A DNA stretch of 64,000 nucleotides from assembly GCA_903927345.1 (NCBI GenBank), contig CAIYMO010000032.1, positions 23,758 to 87,757 on the forward strand. The letters run 5' to 3'. Source of the stretch: an uncultured Armatimonadetes bacterium (lineage in GTDB: Bacteria; Armatimonadota; Fimbriimonadia; Fimbriimonadales; Fimbriimonadaceae). Of the stretch, positions 35,407 to 42,632 are shown piece by piece; the stretch's first letter is position 1, and the number at the start of each line of letters is the position of its first letter. Under the pieces are notes generated by a model. That model saw only the letters and a program-made list of their open reading frames with translations. It had not been told where the DNA came from and ran no database searches. The position numbers were made by a program, and so were the translations under genes.

Positions 35407-36573
35407 TTATATCATCGAGCGAATTCCTGCTTCAAGACCCCTCAATTCAGCAAGTCCGCGAAGTCTGCCGATCGCTCCGTATCCAGGATACAAGCCAGAT
35501 TTGGTGAGGTCGTCAAGCATCAGATGTCCATGATCCGGGCGCATCGGAATAGAACGATTTGCTTGGACAAGCACCTGCATAACTGCCGCCATGTCCGTAT
35601 CTCCCTCAAGGTGGTCCGCTTCAAAGAAATTTCCCTCGGTGTCTCGGGCGGTGTTGCGCAAGTGGAGGAAGTACACACGGTCCATGAATTCCTGAAGCAT
35701 TTCGGGGACATTATTCTGCAGCGAAGCGCCAAGTGAACCGGTGCAGAAGCACAGTCCGTTTGCCGGGCTTTCACAACCCTGGAGAAGCATCCGCAGGTCC
35801 TTTGCGCTCGAGACAATGCGTGGAAGTCCAAGGACAGACATCGGGGGGTCGTCGGGGTGGACGGCGAGAACCACACCTTCATCTTCGGCGATCGGGCAAA
35901 CCGCGTTAAGGAAGTACAGCAAGTTTTCCCGAAGGCGTTCAGGAGTCATTTCTCCGTATTCAGCAAGCGCTTCGAGCACCTCTTCGCGGGTGAACATCTT
36001 GGTGCTTCCCGGAAGTCCTTGCATGCACGAGAACCAAAGCTTTTCGCGCTTCGTTTCCGAAGCTGAGTCAAACCACGCATCGGCCGCCGCTAGCTCTTCG
36101 GCGCTGTAGTCTCCAGCGGCGCCTGGTCTGCGAAGTTGAAAAACGTCGAAAGCAACAAATGCTGCTCGTTCAAAGCGCAGTGCCAGCGACCCATCAGGCA
36201 TCGGATATTCAAGGTCTGTGCGCAGCCAGTCGAGGACAGGCATGAAGTTGTAAGTGATGACCTTCAGACCTTGCTTGGCGACATTACGGATCGACTGTTG
36301 ATACCTTTCAATTAGTTCATCACGCGCCTCGTCTCCCTTTTTGATGGAGTCATGAACCGGCAAGCTTTCAATGACTGTCCACGTCATTCCTGCGTTTTCG
36401 ATCAGCTTGCGGCGGATGGCAATTTCTTCCTCGGGCCAAACATCTCCAACGGGGACCTGGTGCAATGCGGTGACAACGCCTGTGCAGCCCGCTTGGCGGA
36501 TATCACGAAGAGAGACCCCATCATTAGGTCCGTACCATCGCATTGTGTGTTCAAGCCATTCAGGTCGGTACAT
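35407..36573 (-). CDS. uxuA: Mannonate dehydratase
   Basis: MRWYGPNDGVSLRDIRQAGCTGVVTALH matches the UxuA N-terminus. Length is typical. The alternative start M11 is at 36543. Confidence 0.92.
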   Translation of the reverse strand: MYRPEWLEHTMRWYGPNDGVSLRDIRQAGCTGVVTALHQVPVGDVWPEEEIAIRRKLIENAGMTWTVIESLPVHDSIKKGDEARDELIERYQQSIRNVAKQGLKVITYNFMPVLDWLRTDLEYPMPDGSLALRFERAAFVAFDVFQLRRPGAAGDYSAEELAAADAWFDSASETKREKLWFSCMQGLPGSTKMFTREEVLEALAEYGEMTPERLRENLLYFLNAVCPIAEDEGVVLAVHPDDPPMSVLGLPRIVSSAKDLRMLLQGCESPANGLCFCTGSLGASLQNNVPEMLQEFMDRVYFLHLRNTARDTEGNFFEADHLEGDTDMAAVMQVLVQANRSIPMRPDHGHLMLDDLTKSGLYPGYGAIGRLRGLAELRGLEAGIRSMI

Positions 36574-36602
36574 CGCGGCAAAGCATACAGTATCCTCACC
36601 CC

Positions 36603-37787
36603 ATGTCCGCCGTCAGTCTGAGAGATCGCACCTATTCGATTGCACTCGAGATTCCGATTTTTGATCTCCATACTCACCTCGTCGCGCCGTGCTTTGGTTC
36701 GCTAAATCTTTGGGGAATCGACGAGATTCTCACCTACCACTACTTGATTGCGGAGTTTCTTCGGGCGAGACGAGACATCTCCGGAGAAGAGTTTTACCGC
36801 TGGACTAAGCCGCAGCAGGCGGAGGCAATTTGGGAGACACTTTTTGTCCAACAAACTCCGGTCAGCGAAGCGCAAACTGGCGTGATCACGATCATCTCCA
36901 GACTAGGATTTGATCCCCAGAAGGTGACGCTGGAAGAGCTTCGCCAGGCATTCGGAGCTACTAATTCCGAGGCGCAAATTAGCAAGGTGTTTGATTTGGC
37001 AGGAGTTTCCAAAGTAGTCATGACGAACGATCCGAAGGATCCAGTCGAACGCGCGATTTGGGATGGGGGCTACGTTGCCGACTCACATTTTCTCACTGCC
37101 CTGAGGCTCGATCAGATTTTGGCAACCGGCGATGATAAAGGGGATAGCTCCGTTGACGCAGTAAGGACATACCTACGCGTTTGGATTGGAAAAATGAGTC
37201 CCGCGTACGTGGCGATCTCCCTGCCTGAAACATGGAGGTTTGCGGACGCCACCCTCATTCGAGAGGCGGTGCTACCAGTTTGCAAAGAATACAACCTTCC
37301 ATTTGCTATGATGATCGGCGTGCGTCGAGGTGTCAATCCCGCGCTGCGGGGTGCCGGTGATGGGAGCGGCATTGCTGATCTCACTCAACTTGAGTTACTT
37401 CTCCAGGAACATCCAGAGAACAAGATCCTCGTCACCACGTTGGCCAAAGAGAATGCTCACACTCTTGCCGTCATGGCTCGCAAGTTCGCCAACCTAATGC
37501 CCTTTGGTTGTTGGTGGTTCGTGAACAATCCGTCAATCATCGCCGAGATCACCGATTTTCGACTTGAGATGCTTGGCACTTCGTTTATCCCCCAACATTC
37601 CGATTCACGGGTTCTGGAACATCTGATCTACAAATGGGACCACAGTCGTCGGATCATCGCAAAACGGTTGGCAAAGCGCTATGAGGCTCTCGCGCAGTCG
37701 GGATATGCTGTTACAGATGACCAGATTCGAGCTGATCTCTCCCGTCTATTACACAAGAATGCGGAGGAGTTTCTAGGTGTCGCATAA
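36603..37787 (+). CDS. uxaC: Glucuronate (uronate) isomerase, divergent UxaC-type
   Basis: IPIFDLHTHL near the N-terminus and GCWWFVNNPS...HSDSR near the C-terminus parallel the UxaC motifs P(I/V)(I/V)D.H.HL and WWFND...TDSR. Supported by context with uxuA, kdgK and eda. Confidence 0.78.
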   Translation: MSAVSLRDRTYSIALEIPIFDLHTHLVAPCFGSLNLWGIDEILTYHYLIAEFLRARRDISGEEFYRWTKPQQAEAIWETLFVQQTPVSEAQTGVITIISRLGFDPQKVTLEELRQAFGATNSEAQISKVFDLAGVSKVVMTNDPKDPVERAIWDGGYVADSHFLTALRLDQILATGDDKGDSSVDAVRTYLRVWIGKMSPAYVAISLPETWRFADATLIREAVLPVCKEYNLPFAMMIGVRRGVNPALRGAGDGSGIADLTQLELLLQEHPENKILVTTLAKENAHTLAVMARKFANLMPFGCWWFVNNPSIIAEITDFRLEMLGTSFIPQHSDSRVLEHLIYKWDHSRRIIAKRLAKRYEALAQSGYAVTDDQIRADLSRLLHKNAEEFLGVA

Positions 37788-38553
37788 GCTATTTGACATC
37801 GCGGGCAGAACCGCGGTGGTGGTCGGCGGAACGAGTGGCATCGGGCGAACTCTCGCACTTGGTTTCGCTGAAGCAGGCGCGAATACCGTCGCAACTGGAC
37901 GTCGAGCAGAGCTAGTGGCCAGTGTGCAAGCCGAAATTGAAGCACTCGGAGTTCGCTCCTTCGCAGCCACGTGCGACGTCGCCTCAGCTGAGTCGGTCCA
38001 GGAATTTGCTCGAACCGTGGCTGCAGAATTTGGGTCTGTCGATATCGTTGTCTATGCCGCTGGTGTAACCAAGCGTGCCCCGACCGCGACATTCGACCTT
38101 GAGGTTTGGAACCAAAACTTTGATACAAATGTGGCTGGCGCTCTTCGGGTCGCCCAAGCCTTCTACCCAACGCTTAAGCAAAGCTCAGCCGCTCGGTTGA
38201 TCAATACTTGCTCCCTCAGTTCGTTCCGGGCATTTCATGAAGTTGCGGCTTACGGGGCATCGAAGTCTGCTCTGCTCAGCCTGACCCGAAATCTAGGTTG
38301 CGAGTGGGCAAAAGATGGGATTCGGACAAACGCCATCGTCCCCGGCGTATTCGTCACGGACCTGAACCGAGAGCTGCTCAACGGCACTGATCGGGGGCGC
38401 GAGTTGCTTACCCGAACGCCAATGGGGAGGTTCGGCGACGTCTCCGAATTGGTCGGAACCGCGCTTTTCTTAGCCAGTGATGCAAGCGCATTTATCACTG
38501 GTTCTCACATCGTTGTTGACGGAGGCTTCCTCGCGAGCGGAGTGAACCAATGA
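37777..38553 (+). CDS. Short-chain dehydrogenase/reductase, candidate fructuronate/tagaturonate reductase
   Basis: VVGGTSGIGRTLA cofactor motif and YGASKSAL catalytic YxxxK. GTG start overlaps the uxaC end by 11 nt; ATGA junction with kdgK. Confidence 0.88.
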   Translation: MSHKLFDIAGRTAVVVGGTSGIGRTLALGFAEAGANTVATGRRAELVASVQAEIEALGVRSFAATCDVASAESVQEFARTVAAEFGSVDIVVYAAGVTKRAPTATFDLEVWNQNFDTNVAGALRVAQAFYPTLKQSSAARLINTCSLSSFRAFHEVAAYGASKSALLSLTRNLGCEWAKDGIRTNAIVPGVFVTDLNRELLNGTDRGRELLTRTPMGRFGDVSELVGTALFLASDASAFITGSHIVVDGGFLASGVNQ

Positions 38554-39644
38554 TCAAACTGCTACCACCGGAAGAGTGTCTGTGGGACCTGGTTTCCTTA
38601 GGAGAAGTCATGCTTCGACTCGATCCAGGCGATGGGCGAATTGCGACGACAAGAACCTTTCAGGCCTGGGAGGGCGGTGGCGAGTATAACGTGGCTCGAG
38701 GGCTCAAACGCTGCTTTGGGCTTCGAACCGCACACGTCACCAGGTTCGCAGATAATCCGGTGGGCGACCTTCTACGAGACCTGATCTATCAAGGTGGCGT
38801 CGACCAATCACTCATGAAGTGGGTCCCGTTCGACGGCATCGGACGTGATGTTCGAAACGGCCTTAACTTCACCGAAAGAGGATTCGGCGTCCGTGCTGCG
38901 CTTGGCTGTTCAGATCGAGGTCACACGGCGGCGAGTCAGATGAAGCCCGGAGACATCAATTGGGACGACATCTTTGGCAACAAGAAGTCTCGATGGTTCC
39001 ATACGGGCGGCATCTTTGCCGCACTAAGCGACACGACTCCCGAAGTCGCCATCGAGGCGATGAAGGCCGCAAAGCGAGGTGGCTCCATCATCTCGTACGA
39101 CCTGAACTACCGTCCGTCGCTATGGAAATCAATCGGCGGCCAGAAGCGAGCTCAAGAAGTAAACAGGGAGTTGGCAAAGTATGTTGACGTCATGATTGGT
39201 AATGAAGAAGACTTCACCGCCTCGCTTGGCTATGAAGTCGAAGGGGCAGGTGCAGACCACTCTCACCTCGCTGTCGAAAACTTCCAGCGCATGATTGATC
39301 GATATCGTTCTGATTTCCCAAACACCGCTGTTGTTGCTACCACCCTGCGCACGGCCAAGACGGCCAGCCGCAACGACTGGAGCGCAATCTGCGTCGCGGA
39401 TGGAACGCTGTACGAAGCTCCTCAATGGAGTGACCTTGAGATTTTTGATCGAGTCGGTGGAGGAGATTCCTTCGCATCGGGTCTGATCTACGGATTGATG
39501 TCCGGCAAGGATCCTCAGTGGGCTGTGACCTGCGGTGCTGCCCATGGGGCGCTTGCAATGACAACCCCCGGAGACACCACAATGGTGACCCTCGGAGAAG
39601 TTGAACGTGCGATGAAGCAAGGGACTGCCCGGATCGAACGTTAA
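38550..39644 (+). CDS. kdgK: 2-dehydro-3-deoxygluconokinase (PfkB family sugar kinase)
   Basis: PfkB signatures (GEVMLRLDP..., GGGDSFASGLIYGL), supported by pathway context. Confidence 0.85.
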   Translation: MIKLLPPEECLWDLVSLGEVMLRLDPGDGRIATTRTFQAWEGGGEYNVARGLKRCFGLRTAHVTRFADNPVGDLLRDLIYQGGVDQSLMKWVPFDGIGRDVRNGLNFTERGFGVRAALGCSDRGHTAASQMKPGDINWDDIFGNKKSRWFHTGGIFAALSDTTPEVAIEAMKAAKRGGSIISYDLNYRPSLWKSIGGQKRAQEVNRELAKYVDVMIGNEEDFTASLGYEVEGAGADHSHLAVENFQRMIDRYRSDFPNTAVVATTLRTAKTASRNDWSAICVADGTLYEAPQWSDLEIFDRVGGGDSFASGLIYGLMSGKDPQWAVTCGAAHGALAMTTPGDTTMVTLGEVERAMKQGTARIER

Positions 39645-39668
39645 GGACTGAACGAAAAGGAAATAGCG

Positions 39669-40280
39669 ATGAGTGTTATTGAGAAGTTAAAGGCGTCAAA
39701 ACTGGTTCCCGTTCTCCGGGCACCCTCCCAAGAAGAAGGTCTGCGCATGGCGCATGCTCTAGTGAGCGGCGGAGTAAAGGTGCTCGAAGTCACGATGACG
39801 GTTCCTGGCGCAGTTGAATTGATCGCAACGCTGTCGCAGAGCCTCGAAAGCGACGTTCTAATTGGAGCAGGGACCGTGTTGGAACCTCAGACTGCGGAGA
39901 AGTGCGTCCAGGCAGGAGCGCAGTTCATCGTATCTCCGGCCCTGAATCTCGACACCGTGACGTGGTGCAAAGGAGCCGGAATCGCGTGCGCCCCCGGGTG
40001 CCTTACCCCCACTGAGATCCTGACCGCGCACCAAGCGGGAGCCGATCTCATCAAAATTTTCCCGGCGGACGCCATGGGAGGACCAAGCTATATCAAGTCG
40101 CTGAAAGGTCCATTCCCTCAGATCGAGTTCATGCCCACGGGCGGGGTCAACTTGGCCACAATCCGCAGTTTCTTCGAAGCGGGCGCAGTTGCCGTTGGAG
40201 TTGGTTCTAACCTCGTCAACCCTAAATTGAGCTCCGAAGAGATCGCAATCCTGACCTCTGAGTTCATCAAAGCGGCATAA
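39669..40280 (+). CDS. eda: KDPG / KHG aldolase
   Basis: VLEVTM, GAGTVL and IKIFPA (Schiff-base Lys) motifs. 203 aa. Confidence 0.9.
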   Translation: MSVIEKLKASKLVPVLRAPSQEEGLRMAHALVSGGVKVLEVTMTVPGAVELIATLSQSLESDVLIGAGTVLEPQTAEKCVQAGAQFIVSPALNLDTVTWCKGAGIACAPGCLTPTEILTAHQAGADLIKIFPADAMGGPSYIKSLKGPFPQIEFMPTGGVNLATIRSFFEAGAVAVGVGSNLVNPKLSSEEIAILTSEFIKAA

Positions 40281-40289
40281 TGATATTTA

Positions 40290-41318
40290 ATGCGGGCAAC
40301 CATTCGCGATGTGGCGGAGGCAGCCGGAGTCTCGGCAATGGCCGTCTCCAAGGTGCTCCACGGAAAGGGCACAAACGTTCGGGTCAGTGACGCGAAGGCT
40401 GAGCTGATTCGCAAAGTCGCTCGTGAACTGCACTATCGTCCGAACCAAAACGCGCGAAACTTCCGGAACCAAAAGACCAACCTGATCGGAGTTGTATTCC
40501 AGCACTTCGAGGGTCTCACGGATGATAATCCTTACTTGCCCCAAATGCTCAACGGAGTCATGGCTGCCCTCTTCCCCGCCGGATACACGATGGGGATTTG
40601 TCCAAGCCTGATTCTTGACGGAAATGCGCCGGCAATTGCCGATGGACGCTTTGATGGAATCCTGTGGGCGAGACCCGATTTCTCGGCAGCGTCGGTCGAC
40701 AGCTTCCGCTACTGCGGAGTTCCGGTTGTCATGCTCCACGCTCCGACTGGCTCAGCCGAAGGCATCCCCACCTTCTGCGCAAACAACGATCTTGCGATGC
40801 AAAGGGTGGTTGACCATCTCTACGATTTAGGTCACCGCAAAGTCGCCTTTGTCATCGACCCTGTACCTCTCCTGACTGCCGAAGGGGTCGCTCGTCGCGC
40901 CGCTTTCGAGAGGGCAGCGCAAAGCCGTAACCTAGATTTCGAAGTCCTTGTGGTCGATCAGACCGAGCCAGATCTCACAGCCTACAAGTCAAGCAATCGA
41001 CCGCACACTGCGCTGATTGCGTACAGCGACACTCAAGCTGGGGGACTCCTGAAAGCGGCCGAGGCTCTTGGTATTGATGTTCCGGGAGAACTCTCGGTGG
41101 TCGGCTTCGACTCCTCAACTTTCTGCGAGCGGACCAAGCCGAGACTCACATCGGTGTTCCAACCGGTCGAGCAGATGGCGCGCGACGCCACAAACTACTT
41201 GCTCACCATGGTGAACGACGCAGAGTCGACCTGGCGCGAGTCAGGGGCGGTCACGTCGCTTTACGACTGCCATCTCGATGTTCGAGAATCAACCGGCCCC
41301 TGCCCTCCGAGCAACTAA
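40290..41318 (+). CDS. LacI family transcriptional regulator
   Basis: N-terminal HTH ATIRDVAEAAGVSAMAVSKVLHG followed by a periplasmic-binding-fold effector domain. Last gene of the uronate operon. Confidence 0.9.
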   Translation: MRATIRDVAEAAGVSAMAVSKVLHGKGTNVRVSDAKAELIRKVARELHYRPNQNARNFRNQKTNLIGVVFQHFEGLTDDNPYLPQMLNGVMAALFPAGYTMGICPSLILDGNAPAIADGRFDGILWARPDFSAASVDSFRYCGVPVVMLHAPTGSAEGIPTFCANNDLAMQRVVDHLYDLGHRKVAFVIDPVPLLTAEGVARRAAFERAAQSRNLDFEVLVVDQTEPDLTAYKSSNRPHTALIAYSDTQAGGLLKAAEALGIDVPGELSVVGFDSSTFCERTKPRLTSVFQPVEQMARDATNYLLTMVNDAESTWRESGAVTSLYDCHLDVRESTGPCPPSN

Positions 41319-42598
41319 CCCTTGGGAGGGATTTTCGCGATGATCGTGTTGCCGCGTCCTTTGTCGTTGGCGTAGCTCTGAATTGTCCAAAAGTCGCTCA
41401 GATTATCGCCGTCAACAACCGTGCCGCTATAGTCACCCCAAGCTCCACCCTCTGTCGGTGCAATCCCTTCCGCGAGTCGGAAAATTTTCGGACTGAGCCA
41501 GGACGTGTCAGATTTCTTAAACAGAGCCGCCCGGGCGCTGATGCTCATTTCAGGACCTGTTTCTTGGAATCCGACCAACACGTCGCCTGCCTTGTTGGCA
41601 GCCATAGTCGTCTCAATGTAGCTGTTTGTCGGGTGACTGAGCCATCCGCTCTGAACCCGGGTTCCGTCAAGGGCAAACTTGTTGAATTGAACACCAGCGC
41701 GTCCGCTGATGTTGACCGCCTGCGAGAAGTAGATGTATCCCCCGATCAGCTGGAGGTTCTTGGGATTTCGGTCCCCTGAGGCAGTTCGCTTATCTGTCCC
41801 CTTCATCGGAGAAGCTGGCGGCCATCCAAAGTATTTGAACCCGTGGGGCTTCCGAGTTTGAGAGACAACAACTGGCTCCCCTTTATCATCTTCACCCACT
41901 CTAGAGATGACGATGTCCTTGTCGGTGAGGTCAACGAAGATAAGGTCCGAAAGTGGATCGAGTGTGTTGACTGGGTGACCGATTGAGCCCTTAAAGTGCC
42001 AAACCTTCGCGGGCTTACCCTTTTTTACATCAGCCGCTTTCAAAACAAAGTTTCGCTCATCGCCACCTGGGAATGAATATCCAACCCAAGTCCGACTGAA
42101 ACCAATCCCGCCGCCATCAACGCCGTTCGGAGCAGGGACAGGATAAGTGTTCCAAGCACCTCTGGGATCAGCGGTTTCACTCGCAGAGATGTTTACTGGT
42201 TTAACCTTCTCTTTGTCCCAATACACCCACAAATCGAAACAGAAGAATCGGTTATGCGGATCGTAATACATCTTGGGATCAATGCCGTCGTTGAACTCTC
42301 GCTGTGGAACGCCGTCGACGTAGTTGCCCTTCTTGTCATAAATGACAATGCCACTGTTCGTTCCGTGGAGCACATAGCCCCCTCCCACAACCACCTGCGG
42401 ATCAACTTGCCGGTTTCCGTCCATTGACCCATCGAAGAGCAGAACTGAACCGACGGTTCTCGGGTTGCCGCCCTGGACACGTTTCTTGGCCGTTCCGCCT
42501 TTGTTAAACGACGCGTTCCGCATCGGTGTAATGGTTTCGACTCGGGATGGCTTGATCACGTCCTGAGTGGCGAGAAGCAGCGCGAGAGTTGCAAGCAT
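41315..42598 (-). CDS. Hypothetical secreted protein (possible beta-propeller fold), function unknown
   Basis: ATG 42598 gives MLATLALLLATQD (short signal-like N-terminus). Motifs YDPHNRFFCFDLW, DPRGAWNTY, GGAWGDYSGTVVDGDNLSDFWTIQSYAN. The ORF-track start at 42772 overlaps the GH116 gene. Confidence 0.6.
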   Translation of the reverse strand: MLATLALLLATQDVIKPSRVETITPMRNASFNKGGTAKKRVQGGNPRTVGSVLLFDGSMDGNRQVDPQVVVGGGYVLHGTNSGIVIYDKKGNYVDGVPQREFNDGIDPKMYYDPHNRFFCFDLWVYWDKEKVKPVNISASETADPRGAWNTYPVPAPNGVDGGGIGFSRTWVGYSFPGGDERNFVLKAADVKKGKPAKVWHFKGSIGHPVNTLDPLSDLIFVDLTDKDIVISRVGEDDKGEPVVVSQTRKPHGFKYFGWPPASPMKGTDKRTASGDRNPKNLQLIGGYIYFSQAVNISGRAGVQFNKFALDGTRVQSGWLSHPTNSYIETTMAANKAGDVLVGFQETGPEMSISARAALFKKSDTSWLSPKIFRLAEGIAPTEGGAWGDYSGTVVDGDNLSDFWTIQSYANDKGRGNTIIAKIPPKG

Positions 42599-42632
42599 GA
42601 GTTGCAGTTTAACCGTTAGGTAGCATCGGGGA

